Shown in pieces: positions 38,389-49,060 of a stretch of 55,537 bases of DNA. The notes beneath the pieces are model-generated. The model was not told the origin of the DNA. It ran no database searches and saw nothing but the letters and a program-made list of their open reading frames with translations. Position 1 is the first letter of the stretch. Each line of letters begins with the position of its first letter. This stretch comes from Actinomycetales bacterium (GTDB lineage: Bacteria > Actinomycetota > Actinomycetes > Actinomycetales > Microbacteriaceae), in contig JBBRDX010000001.1 of assembly GCA_038203515.1 (NCBI GenBank), positions 1-55,537 of the forward strand. The letters run 5' to 3'. Both the position numbers and the translations under genes were made by a program.

Positions 38389-40692
38389 CTACTCGCTCGG
38401 GACCAATAGTGCTACAGGGTACCGCTCGAGCACCTCGGAAAGCCGTAAGGTACCGCCATCGAAATGCTGGCCGGTGAAGACATCGGTCACCGGTCGTCCG
38501 GCGACGATCACGGAGGTGTCGCCCCATCCGCCGTGGCGGACCAGCCCGATCGGGAGTCGGGTTGCCACGGTCAGCGCCTCACCGCGGTCAAAGGAGACGA
38601 CATGCTTGGCCGCAGATCCGTAGGCCTCGATCGCGGCATACCGGGTGAAGAATTCTGGCCGGTCACGACGCAGGCGCAGGGCCCGAGAGGTCACGAGCAA
38701 CTTTGCGGCTCCCGATTCGTCGATCGGCGGGTGGGCTCCGGCGTCGATGGCGGCAAGGTAAAGCTGCCGTTCGTCGAAGTCGACCGGGCGACGGTTGTCG
38801 GGGTCGACGAGCGAGGTCTCCCACAGTTCGCTGCCCTGGTAGACATCCGGGACACCGGGGGCCGTGAGCTGGATCACCTTGGCCGACAGCGAATTCGACC
38901 AGCCCGGCTGCCGCACGGTGTCGAGCACGTCTTCGAGGATGCCGACGACGTGCTCATCGTCGAAGGCGGAGTCGATGAGTGCGTGCATCCGCGCTTCGAA
39001 TTCTTCGCGGGGAGCCGTCCATCGGGTGGAGTTGCCGGCCTCGCGGGCCGCCTTCTCGGCATACGCGTGCAGTCGCTCCCGGCTGGCCGGCCAGGCTCCG
39101 ACGATGGCCTCCCAGAGCAGGGATTCGAGAGGCCCGTCGCCGAGAGGTGCCGCCGTGCGTAGCTGGCCGAGAATAGCGGCCCACTCTGTGGGGATCTCGG
39201 CGAGCACGCTGATGCGCGCCCGCACGTCCTCGCCACGCTTGGTGTCGTGGGTGGAGAGCGTGGTGAGAGAGGAGGGGAAACTCGCCTGCCTCAGCTGGTG
39301 CCGGCGGTGGAATTCCTCGATGCCGATAGAGAACTCGGACGGGTCCGCACCGACCTCGGTGAGCGACCCCAGTCTCGTGTAGCGATAGAACGCCGTATCT
39401 TCCACGCCTTTCGCCATCACCATTCCCGAGGTCTGCTGGAACCGGATGGCGGCTGGATGATGCGGATCACTGAGCGTCGGAAGCAGGTCGTCGATGCGCA
39501 AGGAGAGCTCCGGACGATACTCCTTGGCCAGTCTCACGGCCTCATTCAGGTGCTCGATGCCGAGCGGGAGGTAGGAGCGGTAGACCGGGAAACAGGCCAG
39601 CAACTCGGCCAGGGCGTCCGCGATGCCGTCGCTGGGCTGCGATGTCGCATCTCCGAAGTCGCGTTCGAGTCGCAGTACCTCCGAGCGCAGGATACCGTCG
39701 GCGATGGCCCGCTTGGTGCTGTGGATGAGGCGGGCCCAGGAGACCGGCTCGATCGAGTCGCGCAGGGTGCAGTCGAGGGCGTCGAGCGCCGTGCGACCGG
39801 CCGGATCAACGAGCACACGGTCGACATCCGCGAGGGCATCGTAACCGGTGGTTCCCGACGTGGCCCAGGATGTGGGCAGTTGTTCGTCCCCCTCGAGGAT
39901 TTTCTCCACGAGCACATAGGCGCCGTCGGTGGCCGCCGCGAGCGCATCGAGGTAGCCTGCCGGGTCGGCAAGGCCGTCGGGATGGTCCACCCGCAGGCCG
40001 TCCGCCAGGCCCTCGGTGATCCAGCGGATGATCTCCGCGTGCGACTCATCGAACACCCAGGGTATTTCCACGCGAATGCCGGCGAGGGTGTTTACGGCGA
40101 AGAATCGGCGGTAGTTGAGCTCGGCATCCGCTCGACGCCAGTTCATCAGCTCGTAATTCTGGCGGGAGTGAATCTGCGACGGTGAGGCCCCGTCGTCTGC
40201 CGTGCCGGGAGCGAGAGGGAAGCGGTTCTCGTAATAGGCCAATTCGCCGTCGATAATCTCAAACGCCGGGTGTGGCTCGTCGCCGAGCACCGGGATGCGC
40301 ACCTTACCGCCGCCGAAGTCCCAGTCCACGTCGAAGGCCTCCGCGTAGCGTGACTGGCGCCCATGGGTCAACAGATCCCACCACCAGAGGCTCTGCTTCG
40401 GGGTCGCGACGCCGACGTGATTCGGAACGATGTCGACGAGCAGGCCGAGACCGAGCGCGTGGGCGGCCGCAGACGCGGCATCCAGCCCCGCCCGACCGCC
40501 GCGAGCCGGATCGATGAGTGAATGGTCCACGACATCGTAACCGTGGTCGGAGCCCTCTTCCGCCGTGAGGAGAGGAGAGAGGTAGAGCCAGTCCGCGCCC
40601 AGGCCGTGCACATAGCCGGCGATGGTCGCCGCGGCGTTCAGATCGAAGGACTCACGGATCTGCAGCCGATAGGTGGACGCCGGTGTTCGCAT
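38389..40692 (-). CDS. treY: Malto-oligosyltrehalose synthase
   Basis: [36 protein letters not shown]. Confidence 0.96.
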   Translation of the reverse strand: MRTPASTYRLQIRESFDLNAAATIAGYVHGLGADWLYLSPLLTAEEGSDHGYDVVDHSLIDPARGGRAGLDAASAAAHALGLGLLVDIVPNHVGVATPKQSLWWWDLLTHGRQSRYAEAFDVDWDFGGGKVRIPVLGDEPHPAFEIIDGELAYYENRFPLAPGTADDGASPSQIHSRQNYELMNWRRADAELNYRRFFAVNTLAGIRVEIPWVFDESHAEIIRWITEGLADGLRVDHPDGLADPAGYLDALAAATDGAYVLVEKILEGDEQLPTSWATSGTTGYDALADVDRVLVDPAGRTALDALDCTLRDSIEPVSWARLIHSTKRAIADGILRSEVLRLERDFGDATSQPSDGIADALAELLACFPVYRSYLPLGIEHLNEAVRLAKEYRPELSLRIDDLLPTLSDPHHPAAIRFQQTSGMVMAKGVEDTAFYRYTRLGSLTEVGADPSEFSIGIEEFHRRHQLRQASFPSSLTTLSTHDTKRGEDVRARISVLAEIPTEWAAILGQLRTAAPLGDGPLESLLWEAIVGAWPASRERLHAYAEKAAREAGNSTRWTAPREEFEARMHALIDSAFDDEHVVGILEDVLDTVRQPGWSNSLSAKVIQLTAPGVPDVYQGSELWETSLVDPDNRRPVDFDERQLYLAAIDAGAHPPIDESGAAKLLVTSRALRLRRDRPEFFTRYAAIEAYGSAAKHVVSFDRGEALTVATRLPIGLVRHGGWGDTSVIVAGRPVTDVFTGQHFDGGTLRLSEVLERYPVALLVPSE

Positions 40693-42890
40693 CAGCGCGC
40701 TTCCGGGATGCGTGGAGCCGCGGCCTGGGTGCCCGCCTGCGCGCTCAGCGATGCCGCGACCGAATGGTCGATCTCGACCTCGGGTGCGACCCAGGCGCGC
40801 AGCACGACGAGGGATTTCGCCACGACCAGCAGCACGTCCTTCGCCTTGCGCGGCTCCGTGTCGGCCAGTTCGCCGGAGGTATCGATCACGATCTCCCACG
40901 ATCCGGAGAACTCTTCGGAGGGCAGCGTGAAGTCAACGGATTCGTCACCCGCGTTGAAGAAGATGGCGAAGTTGAGGTCGGTGATGCGCTGACCGCGCAG
41001 GTCGCGCCCCTGGATGCCGTTGCCGTTGAGGAACACCCCGATGGCGCGCCCGAAGCCGGAGTCCCAGTTCTCGGGTTCCATCTCCTCGCCGCCCGGGGTG
41101 AGCCAGACGATGTCGGCGAGAGGTTCGCCCGCCCCGCGCTTGACCGGCCGGCCGTCGAAGAAGCTTTTGCGGCGGAACGTGGGGTGGTCCTTGCGAAGCC
41201 GCGTCACGGCCGCCACGAACTCGGTGAGCGGAGCATCCGCTGCATCCCAGTGCACCCAGGAGATCTCGGAGTCCTGCGCGTAGCTGTTGTTGTTGCCCTG
41301 CTGCGTTCGGCCGAGCTCGTCGCCGTGCAGGATCATCGGCACGCCCTGCGAGAACAACAGCGTCGCCAGGAAGTTGCGCTGCTGCCGGGCGCGCAGGCCA
41401 AGCACCGCCGGGTCATCCGTCGGGCCTTCGGCGCCGGAGTTCCAGGAGCGGTTCTCCGACTCCCCATCTTTGTTGTCCTCGCCGTTCGCGGCATTGTGCT
41501 TCTCGTTGTACGACACGAGGTCCGCCAGGGTGAAGCCGTCGTGCGCGGTGACGAAGTTGATGGATGCCACGGGACGACGTCCATCACCCTCGTAGAGGTC
41601 TGCCGAGCCGGTGAATCGCGACGCGAACTCGCCGAGCGTGGAGGGCTCTCCGCGCCAGAAGTCGCGAACGGTGTCGCGGTACTTGCCGTTCCACTCTGTC
41701 CACTGCGGGGGTAAGTTGCCCACCTGGTAGCCGCCGGGGCCCACATCCCAGGGCTCGGCGATGAGCTTCACCTGCGACACGATCGGGTCTTGCTGCACCA
41801 GCTCGAAGAAGGTGGCGAGTTTGTCGACGTCGTAGAACTCACGGGCGAGAGTGGAGGCGAGGTCGAAGCGGAATCCGTCCACGTGCATCTCGGTCACCCA
41901 GTACCGCAGGCTGTCCATGATGAGCTGCAGGGAGTGCGGATGGCGCACATTGAACGAATTGCCGGTGCCGGTGTAGTCCATGTAAAACTGCTCGTCATTG
42001 TCGACCAGGCGGTAATACGCCTGGTTGTCGATGCCCCTGAAGGAGATAGTCGGGCCGAGGTGGTTGCCCTCCGCCGTGTGGTTGTAGACCACGTCGAGTA
42101 CGACCTCGATGCCGGCGTCGTGCATGGAGCGCACCATGCCCTTGAACTCCTGCACCTGCTGGCCGCGATCCCCCGTCGAGGAATAGCTGTTCTGCGGCGC
42201 GAAGAAGCCGATGGTGTTGTAGCCCCAATAGTTGCGCAGACCCTTGTCGAGCAGCGTCGAATCCTGCACGAACTGATGCACGGGCATGAGCTCGAGGGTC
42301 GTGATGCCGAGTTTCTGCAGGTGTTCGATCACCGCCGGATGCGAGAGCCCGGAGTAGGTGCCGCGCTGCTCCACGGGGATGTCGGGGTGCAGCTCGGTGA
42401 GTCCCCTCACGTGGGCCTCGTAGATCACGGTGTTGTTATAGGGGACTCGCGGATGACGGTCGCCAGCCCAGTCGAAGAAGGGGTTGATGACGATGCCCAT
42501 CATCGTGTGACTGGCCGAGTCCTCGTCGTTGCGCGAGAGCGGGTCGCCGAAGTTGTAGGCGAAGAGTGACGGATCCCAGTCGAAGTCGCCGCAGGTGGCC
42601 TTGGCATAGGGATCGAGGAGCAGCTTGTTGGGGTTGCAGCGTGTGCCCGATTTCGGGTCGTAGTCGCCGTATACGCGATAGCCGTAGCGCTGTCCCGGCT
42701 GCACCTGGGGGAGGTAGGCGTGCCAGACGTAGGCATCGATCTCGAAAAATTCCACCCGGGTCTCGACGCCGTCGTCATCGAACAGGCAAAGCTCGATCCT
42801 CTCGGCGACCTCACTGAAGAGTGCGAAGTTGGTGCCGCTGCCGTCGAAGGTGGCGCCGAGGGGATAGGCGGATCCGGGCCAGGTTTCCAT
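40692..42890 (-). CDS. glgX: Glycogen debranching enzyme GlgX/TreX
   Basis: [32 protein letters not shown]. Confidence 0.96.
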   Translation of the reverse strand: METWPGSAYPLGATFDGSGTNFALFSEVAERIELCLFDDDGVETRVEFFEIDAYVWHAYLPQVQPGQRYGYRVYGDYDPKSGTRCNPNKLLLDPYAKATCGDFDWDPSLFAYNFGDPLSRNDEDSASHTMMGIVINPFFDWAGDRHPRVPYNNTVIYEAHVRGLTELHPDIPVEQRGTYSGLSHPAVIEHLQKLGITTLELMPVHQFVQDSTLLDKGLRNYWGYNTIGFFAPQNSYSSTGDRGQQVQEFKGMVRSMHDAGIEVVLDVVYNHTAEGNHLGPTISFRGIDNQAYYRLVDNDEQFYMDYTGTGNSFNVRHPHSLQLIMDSLRYWVTEMHVDGFRFDLASTLAREFYDVDKLATFFELVQQDPIVSQVKLIAEPWDVGPGGYQVGNLPPQWTEWNGKYRDTVRDFWRGEPSTLGEFASRFTGSADLYEGDGRRPVASINFVTAHDGFTLADLVSYNEKHNAANGEDNKDGESENRSWNSGAEGPTDDPAVLGLRARQQRNFLATLLFSQGVPMILHGDELGRTQQGNNNSYAQDSEISWVHWDAADAPLTEFVAAVTRLRKDHPTFRRKSFFDGRPVKRGAGEPLADIVWLTPGGEEMEPENWDSGFGRAIGVFLNGNGIQGRDLRGQRITDLNFAIFFNAGDESVDFTLPSEEFSGSWEIVIDTSGELADTEPRKAKDVLLVVAKSLVVLRAWVAPEVEIDHSVAASLSAQAGTQAAAPRIPEAR

Positions 42891-43134
42891 GGGGTTATCT
42901 CAATTCGATCAGGCTCGTTCAGCGGGAGCTTTTACCGTATCCTGCGGGTGCGGCGAAGGTGGAACCGGCGGGGAGCCTTGACAAGTCGGTCGCACACCGG
43001 ATAGCGATCCGGAATGTCGCAATCCGGCTCCGTATCTGGGCGGTGGTCCCTCCTCTATCTTCACGTCATCTCCCGCCCCGCTCCCTCACCTCCCACGTCC
43101 CGCCTCCCACCCCTGACGTCCCGCCTCCCACCCG

Positions 43135-43195
43135 ATCGACTTGGTAGACGTTGTGGGTATCGCCGCGGCAAAGTCACAACGTCTACCAAGTCGAT
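43135..43195. repeat. Perfect 21-bp inverted repeat with a 19-nt loop
   Basis: atcgacttggtagacgttgtg / cacaacgtctaccaagtcgat; preceded by a C-rich direct repeat with 21-bp period (about 43095-43133). Confidence 0.9.
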
Positions 43196-43286
43196 TGTGG
43201 ATGCGGCCGCGTGAATTGACACCCAGACCCGCCGGACGCGGGCCCTCGTCGCGGTCGCCGGGGTCGCCGCGCGCAGGCTCGGTCAT

Positions 43287-43398
43287 CGCCCTTCCGCATA
43301 ACTCCTGCAATTTTTCGAGGGCCGGAGTCAAATCCCTGGAAGTCCGGGTCTCACTTGAGCTGCCGACAGATTCTGCAGGAGTTACGCAAGGGAGGGCG
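43287..43398. repeat. REP/MITE-like 112-bp imperfect palindrome
   Basis: taactcctgca / tgcaggagtta perfect core with cgcccttcc / gggagggcg outer arms. Confidence 0.75.
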
Positions 43399-43509
43399 CG
43401 GACGGTGTGGTGCCAGCACCCACTGGTATGACCGCTGACGCGAGGTAACTGCGGGGATCTCACAGGGCGCGCCCGTGATCGGCCCCACGCGCGGCGCTAT
43501 GCTGGGATC

Positions 43510-43605
43510 GAACACGGGAGTCCGGTGATGCCGGGCTGAGAGGGAGCTTCTCCAAGCTTCGACCGTCGAACCTGATCTGGATCATGCCAGCGCAGGGAGG
43601 CAGAT
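43510..43605 (+). promoter_or_regulatory. TPP (thi-box) riboswitch
   Basis: gggag...gggctgagag...gaccgtcgaacctgatctggatcatgccagcgcagggag consensus; TATGCT -10 at 43498; upstream of a thiamine-type ECF transporter. Confidence 0.95.
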
Positions 43606-43674
43606 TTACTCTCCGGGTTGTCGCATCCGCGAACAGTCCACACCCGTGCCCTCACTATCGATAGGGGCACGACC

Positions 43675-44295
43675 ATGCACGCAACCGCAACATCCCTCCG
43701 ACAGACCACTCGGCGTACCGATCCACGCTGGCGTGTCATCGACATCGTCGTCGCGAGCGTGCTCGGCGTCGCCAGCGCGCTCGTTTTCTTCGCCTGGAAC
43801 CAGGTCTATGCACCCGTGACCGCACCCCTGGAAGCGCTACTGCCCGGATCGCAGGCGCTGCTCTACGGCATCTGGCTCTTCGCCGGAGTGCTCGGGGGCC
43901 TCGTTATCCGCAAACCCGGGGCTGCGCTCTTCACCGAGCTCGTCGCTGCCATCGTCTCCGCTCTTCTCGGCGCACAGTGGGGTGGTTTCGCGACTATCGA
44001 GGCCGGACTCGTTCAGGGACTCGGGGCGGAACTGATCTTTCTGGTCTTCCTGTATCACCGCTGGAACGTGGTGGTCGCGATGCTGGCCGGCGCCGCAGCC
44101 GGCCTCGCCATGGCCGTCAATGACATCGTCGGCTACTACCTGGCGTCCGGGCCCGCCTTCCAGGCGATCTATACCCTCTCGGGCCTGATCTCGGGTGCGG
44201 TGGTCGCGGGGCTCGGATCCTGGTTTATCGTTCGAGGGCTCGCCCGCACCGGCGCCCTCAGTCGCTTCGCGTCCGGCCGACTCTCGGCTCGCTGA
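43675..44295 (+). CDS. ykoE: ECF transporter S component (thiamine/HMP, YkoE-type)
   Basis: WRVIDIVV, IRKPGAA..TE, QGLGAEL; follows TPP riboswitch. Confidence 0.88.
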   Translation: MHATATSLRQTTRRTDPRWRVIDIVVASVLGVASALVFFAWNQVYAPVTAPLEALLPGSQALLYGIWLFAGVLGGLVIRKPGAALFTELVAAIVSALLGAQWGGFATIEAGLVQGLGAELIFLVFLYHRWNVVVAMLAGAAAGLAMAVNDIVGYYLASGPAFQAIYTLSGLISGAVVAGLGSWFIVRGLARTGALSRFASGRLSAR

Positions 44296-44303
44296 GCAGC
44301 ATC

Positions 44304-45782
44304 GTGACGTCAGTCCTCTCCCGCGCGGCGCCGCTCTCCGTCGACGCGCAGGCGTGGCGATGGCGCCACACCGGTCGGTCCGACTGGGCGGTGCGTGGGC
44401 TCGACCTGCGCATCGAGCCCGGCGAACGGGTGTTGCTGCTCGGGGCATCCGGGGCCGGCAAGTCCACCCTCATGCACGCGCTCGCCGGAGTGCTCGGCGG
44501 TGACGAGGAGGGAGAGTCGGAGGGTCGGCTACTAGTCGGAGATGCGGATGCCGCACGCGCTCGTGGCCAGGTCGGTCTCGTGCTGCAGGATCCGGATTCG
44601 CAGGTCGTTCTCGCCCGGGTCGGCGACGATGTGGCGTTCGGCTGCGAGAACATGGGGGTCCCGCGCGAGGAGACCTGGCTGCGCGTCGAGCAGTCGCTGC
44701 GCGCCGTTGGCCTCAACCTGCCCCTGCAACATCCCACGAGCGGTCTCTCCGGCGGCCAGAAACAGCGTCTCGCGCTCGCCGGCGTGCTCGCCATGCACCC
44801 TGGACTGCTGCTGCTCGACGAGCCGACGGCGAATCTCGATCCGGACGGCGTGATCGAGGTTCGGGATGCGGTGGCGCGAGTGCTCGAGGCGTCCGGCAGC
44901 ACGCTCGTGGTGGTCGAACACCGTGTCGACGTGTGGTGGCCCCTCGTGGATCGGGTTATCGTGCTCACGCCGGGTGGGGGAGTGCTCGCGGATGGCACGC
45001 CGGATGACGTGTTGCGCCGGGAGGGGCGTGCGCTCGCCGCCTCGGGGGTCTGGGTTCCCGGGTATCCTCCGCAGTATCCGTCGCGCCTGCGTCGACCGGG
45101 CGAGCGACTGCTCTTCACCGACGGCCTGGCCATCGGTCGGTCGGCAGCCCTCCAATCCGGCATCGACCTGGCCGTGCGAGCCGGGGAGTGCGTCGCGATC
45201 ACCGGCCCGAACGGGGTGGGAAAGACCACCCTCGGTCTCACGCTCGGCGGGCTGTTGCCGGTGATCGACGGACGGGTGATGGCCGAGGGCCTGGCTGGCG
45301 GGCTCGGTGCCGATCCACTGCGCTGGAAGTCGCGCGAGCTCGTCCCCCGCATCGGCAGCGTGTTTCAGGATCCGGAGCACCAATTCGTGAGCGGCACCGT
45401 CGCAGGCGAAGTCGCGGTCGGGGCCCGGGCGATCGGCCTCTCCAGCGATGAGACGGCCAGGCGCATCGATCCGCTGCTCGAGCGTCTTCGGCTCGGCCAC
45501 CTCACCGACGCGAATCCCTTCACTCTCTCGGGCGGCGAGAAGCGCCGGCTCTCGGTCGCGACCGTGCTCGTCACGCGGCCGCCGCTGCTGGTGCTGGATG
45601 AACCGACCTTTGGACAGGACTCCCGCACCTGGGCCGAGCTCGTGGCATTCCTCGCCGAGCTCCTCGACGAGGGCAGCAGTGTGATTGCGGTCACCCACGA
45701 CGTTCACCTCGTCGACGCCCTTGCCGACATCGAACTGCGGATGTCGCGGGCCGGCCACCGCATCGAATCGAGGGTGTCCTGA
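44304..45782 (+). CDS. ykoD: ECF transporter double ATPase
   Basis: Two Walker A motifs (GASGAGKS, GPNGVGKT), two LSGG signatures, DEPT. Confidence 0.9.
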   Translation: MTSVLSRAAPLSVDAQAWRWRHTGRSDWAVRGLDLRIEPGERVLLLGASGAGKSTLMHALAGVLGGDEEGESEGRLLVGDADAARARGQVGLVLQDPDSQVVLARVGDDVAFGCENMGVPREETWLRVEQSLRAVGLNLPLQHPTSGLSGGQKQRLALAGVLAMHPGLLLLDEPTANLDPDGVIEVRDAVARVLEASGSTLVVVEHRVDVWWPLVDRVIVLTPGGGVLADGTPDDVLRREGRALAASGVWVPGYPPQYPSRLRRPGERLLFTDGLAIGRSAALQSGIDLAVRAGECVAITGPNGVGKTTLGLTLGGLLPVIDGRVMAEGLAGGLGADPLRWKSRELVPRIGSVFQDPEHQFVSGTVAGEVAVGARAIGLSSDETARRIDPLLERLRLGHLTDANPFTLSGGEKRRLSVATVLVTRPPLLVLDEPTFGQDSRTWAELVAFLAELLDEGSSVIAVTHDVHLVDALADIELRMSRAGHRIESRVS

Positions 45783-46576
45783 TGCCGACCGTCGACATCC
45801 TCACGCCCCGCGCCGGAACCGCGGCGATCTACCGCATCAATCCGGTGGCCAAGCTCGCGGCGACAGCGGTCATCGGCATCGCGCTCGCGCTGTCGATCGA
45901 CTGGGTCTCGGCGTCGGTCGCGCTCGCCTGCGAGGCGGTGCTCTTTTTCTTCGCCGGGCTCGGCCCGCGCCAGTTTGTTCGTCGCACCCTGCCGGTGGTG
46001 ATCGCGTCGGTCTTCGCGGCCACCACGATCCTGCTCTACGGGCGGGCATCCGGCACGAGTCATTGGCGGTTCCTCCTCGTGAATGTGACCGATGGCTCGA
46101 TCGAGCTGTCCATCGCCACGCTGTTGAGGGTTCTCGCAATCGGTCTTCCCGCGGTCGTGCTGTTCGTCACCGTCGATCCGACCGACCTCGCCGACGGGCT
46201 CGCCCAGGTGTTGCGGTTGCCCTCCCGCTTCGTGCTCGGTGCGCTCGGCGGGCTTCGGCTCGTCGGCCTCTTTGCCGAGGACTGGAAGTCCCTCGAACTC
46301 GCCCGTCGCGCCCGGGGGATCGCCGACAGCGGTCGGCTGCGCCGTTTTGCCGGCCAGGCCTTCGCTCTGCTGGTGCTGTCGATCCGCCGGGGGAGCAAGC
46401 TCGCCACTGCGATGGAGGCCCGTGGCTTCGGCTCGTCGATCCCGCGAAGCTGGGCGCGCGAGTCCCGGTTCGGCGGGCGGGAGTGGATGCTCGTGGCGCT
46501 GTCGTTCGCGATCGCGCTCGCCGCGGTCGGTAGCTCGGTGCTCACCGGACACGGGAATTTTCTTGCCGGCGCCTGA
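45782..46576 (+). CDS. ykoC: ECF transporter T component
   Basis: ARRARG and AMEARGF coupling motifs. Confidence 0.9.
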   Translation: MPTVDILTPRAGTAAIYRINPVAKLAATAVIGIALALSIDWVSASVALACEAVLFFFAGLGPRQFVRRTLPVVIASVFAATTILLYGRASGTSHWRFLLVNVTDGSIELSIATLLRVLAIGLPAVVLFVTVDPTDLADGLAQVLRLPSRFVLGALGGLRLVGLFAEDWKSLELARRARGIADSGRLRRFAGQAFALLVLSIRRGSKLATAMEARGFGSSIPRSWARESRFGGREWMLVALSFAIALAAVGSSVLTGHGNFLAGA

Positions 46577-47150
46577 CGGAACGGGGCCTGACGCCCCGGC
46601 GCCCGACGCACTGACCCTGCTCGCGCGCATCCGCCTCGCGCCCCGGCCGGTCGTGCTCATCGACGGCGGATCCGGTTCGGGCAAGACCACCCTTGCCGCA
46701 GCCCTCGCCCCGGCCCTGGCCGCCCAGCTCGTGCGGCTTGACGACTTCTACCCGGGCTGGGACGGGCTGGAAACCGCCAGCGCGGCCGTGCGGGACGATG
46801 TACTCGCGCCGGTGAGTCCGCGCTGGCAGCGCTGGGACTGGACGATCGGCGCCCTCGCGGAATGGCACCCGCTCGATGCGACGCTGCCACTCGTGATCGA
46901 GGGCTCCGGATGTCTCAGCCGCGCCAATCGCGCGCGTGCGACCTTCGCCCTCTGGGTCGAGCTCGACGCTCCGACCCGCAAAGAGCGCGCGCTCACGCGG
47001 GACGGCAACGCCTACGCGCCGCACTGGGACCGCTGGGCCGCGCAGGAGCGCAGCTTCGGGCTTCGCGAGCACCCGTGGCGATTGGCGGATGTCGTTCTCG
47101 GCGACGATGACGTGACACGATTGGTCGACGGGCTAGCGTTGATGCTATGA
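46563..47150 (+). CDS. P-loop kinase (uridine/nucleoside kinase-like)
   Basis: IDGGSGSGKTT, DDFYPGWDG, IEGSG, RAL.RDG; probable TTG start overlapping the ykoC end. Confidence 0.8.
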   Translation: MPAPDGTGPDAPAPDALTLLARIRLAPRPVVLIDGGSGSGKTTLAAALAPALAAQLVRLDDFYPGWDGLETASAAVRDDVLAPVSPRWQRWDWTIGALAEWHPLDATLPLVIEGSGCLSRANRARATFALWVELDAPTRKERALTRDGNAYAPHWDRWAAQERSFGLREHPWRLADVVLGDDDVTRLVDGLALML

Positions 47151-48010
47151 CTTCGCCATTCATAACTGTTCCGGAGCTCGCCGTCCTACTGGGTTCCCCC
47201 GCGGCCCCTGTCATTCTCGATTCCAGCTGTGTGCTTCACCCTGCGAAGTTCGATGGCGACTACCGCCGCGACTCGGGCCGTCCGCGCTGGCTCGAGGCAC
47301 ACATACCGGGATCACAGCATGTTGACGTACCTAGTCAGTTCTCTGACGATACTGCGACCCTTCACTACAGCCACCCCGCGCCCCAGGCGATCGCAGACGA
47401 GCTCGCGCGCATCGGTATCGGCGAAACGGATGCCGTGGTGGTCTACGACACGACCGGCGGGCTCTTCGCGGCCAGGCTCTGGTATCTCCTGCGGTGGATC
47501 GGTCTCGACGTGCGGGTGCTCGACGGCGGACTCGCGGCCTGGAGCACGGCCGGCCAGTCGACGCTGATCGGCGAGGAGCCCGCGCGGACCCCCGCGGCGC
47601 CTTGGACTCCGTCGATGACCCTCAGCGCCTGGATCACGAAGGACGAGCTGATCGACCGCTCCGAATCGGATGCCCGTCCGCTGGTCTGCGGACTCCCCGC
47701 GGGTAGCTTTGCCGGCTCCGACCCCTCCCGCTATGCCCGTCGCGGTCGCATCCCCGGCAGCGTCAACGTCTCGTCGCGCGAGTTGTTCGCTGCCGACGGC
47801 ACGGTGAAGGATGATCCGGCTCTGCGTGCGGCCTATGCGGCGGAAGGCGTCACCGGCGCCGAGGAAGTGCTGCTCTATTGCGGCGGAGGTATCTCGGCAT
47901 CCGCCAATGCACTCACGCTCGTCGAACTCGGCATCACCGCCGTTCGCATCTACGATGGCTCGCTCGAGGAGTGGTCGGCCGACGTGTCGTTGCCGCTCGC
48001 GCTCGGCTGA
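47147..48010 (+). CDS. Tandem-domain rhodanese/sulfurtransferase (SseA-like)
   Basis: HIPGS, VLDGGLAAW, GRIPGS, YCGGGISA, YDGSLEEW. Confidence 0.92.
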   Translation: MTSPFITVPELAVLLGSPAAPVILDSSCVLHPAKFDGDYRRDSGRPRWLEAHIPGSQHVDVPSQFSDDTATLHYSHPAPQAIADELARIGIGETDAVVVYDTTGGLFAARLWYLLRWIGLDVRVLDGGLAAWSTAGQSTLIGEEPARTPAAPWTPSMTLSAWITKDELIDRSESDARPLVCGLPAGSFAGSDPSRYARRGRIPGSVNVSSRELFAADGTVKDDPALRAAYAAEGVTGAEEVLLYCGGGISASANALTLVELGITAVRIYDGSLEEWSADVSLPLALG

Positions 48011-48035
48011 CTCGTCCCACCGGGAAGTCGAGCGG

Positions 48036-48887
48036 TCAGGCTCCGGACGGCCTCAACGAGGACTGTTTCCCCGATGACTGTTTCCCCGACGGCTGGTTCC
48101 CCGACGGCTGGTTCACTGAGGACTGTTTCCCTGACGACTGTTTCCCTGACGACTGGTTCAATGCCGACTCGAGCAGTTCCAGGTCGATCTTGGCGTGTTC
48201 GCGACCGATGGCGGTCGCCTCATCGACATTTCCGGCGGAGATCGCCTCCACAAGATTGATGTGGTCCACCAGCGCGCGGGCCTCCATCGTTCGCATCCCC
48301 CCCGGTGAGCCCCAGAGGTGCGCCGGAGCGGCCATGCTGATACGCGACTCGAGTTCGATGACCACATCGCGCAGTGTCACGTTGCCGGCGGCATCGATGA
48401 TAGCGAGGTGCAGGAGCTCATCGGCCCGCTGCGACGGAAGACCGGAACCCGCGTGCCGGAACGCGTCCAGCCGGTCATGCAGGAGTGCGACATCCTGGTC
48501 GCTGCGGTTTTCTGCCGCGGCACCGGAGATGACCCCGTAGAGCCGACTGAGCGCCTCGCTCGTATCGCGAAGGGACTCCCAGCGCGCCGACAGGGTGCGA
48601 TGCACCGAAGCGCTCGAGGACGTTGGCCATTGCTCGCGTACGAACGATCCGCCCTCACGTCCGCGCTGTGTCTCGAGCAGTCCGCGCTCGACGAGACGGG
48701 AAAGCGCGGCTCTCACGGTCATCCGCCCCACTCGCAGGGATTCGGCCAGCGCACGCTCCGAGGGCAGTCGTGACCCCGGGAGGTATTCACCGATGGCGAT
48801 CGCGGTGATCAACCGGTCGGTGATCTCGTCGATGCGGGAGGGCGTCGCGATCGGTCGCCTGAGTGCGCCCGCTCTGTTGTCTCCCAC
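48036..48887 (-). CDS. FadR/GntR family transcriptional regulator
   Basis: GEYLPGSRLPSER, V.R.TVR.AL, FCD domain; leaderless TACGGT-N6-GTG. Confidence 0.92.
   Translation of the reverse strand: MGDNRAGALRRPIATPSRIDEITDRLITAIAIGEYLPGSRLPSERALAESLRVGRMTVRAALSRLVERGLLETQRGREGGSFVREQWPTSSSASVHRTLSARWESLRDTSEALSRLYGVISGAAAENRSDQDVALLHDRLDAFRHAGSGLPSQRADELLHLAIIDAAGNVTLRDVVIELESRISMAAPAHLWGSPGGMRTMEARALVDHINLVEAISAGNVDEATAIGREHAKIDLELLESALNQSSGKQSSGKQSSVNQPSGNQPSGKQSSGKQSSLRPSGA
48061..48165. repeat. Seven 15-bp tandem units encoding a (K/N)Q(S/P)SG pentapeptide tail of the regulator
   Basis: gactgtttcccygay-type units at exact 15-bp spacing. Confidence 0.9.
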
Positions 48888-48986
48888 GATCCCACCGTAT
48901 CGCCGATCGGCGCGACTGTCAGCGTGTCGAAACCAGTAGCGCACCGAAATCGGCATCCCGTGTTACGACCGTATTAATTCCCGTCG

Positions 48987-49009
48987 AATGGTCTTTTCAC
49001 GAGACCATT
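48987..49009. promoter_or_regulatory. Putative FadR-type operator palindrome
   Basis: aatggtct-N7-agaccatt in the AT-rich divergent region between regulator and operon; TGGT/ACCA core typical of FadR sites. Confidence 0.7.
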
Positions 49010-49060
49010 ACGCAGGCACAATGATCACTCGGTAGTTCACGATTTCAAGGAGTTGTCTGG

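Noticed and set aside
48061-48165. Possible CRISPR array or Cys/Trp-rich DCFPD repeat protein on the plus strand
   Set aside because: Contiguous 15-bp units without spacers and no cas genes; the plus-strand ORF is the antisense shadow of the FadR tail.
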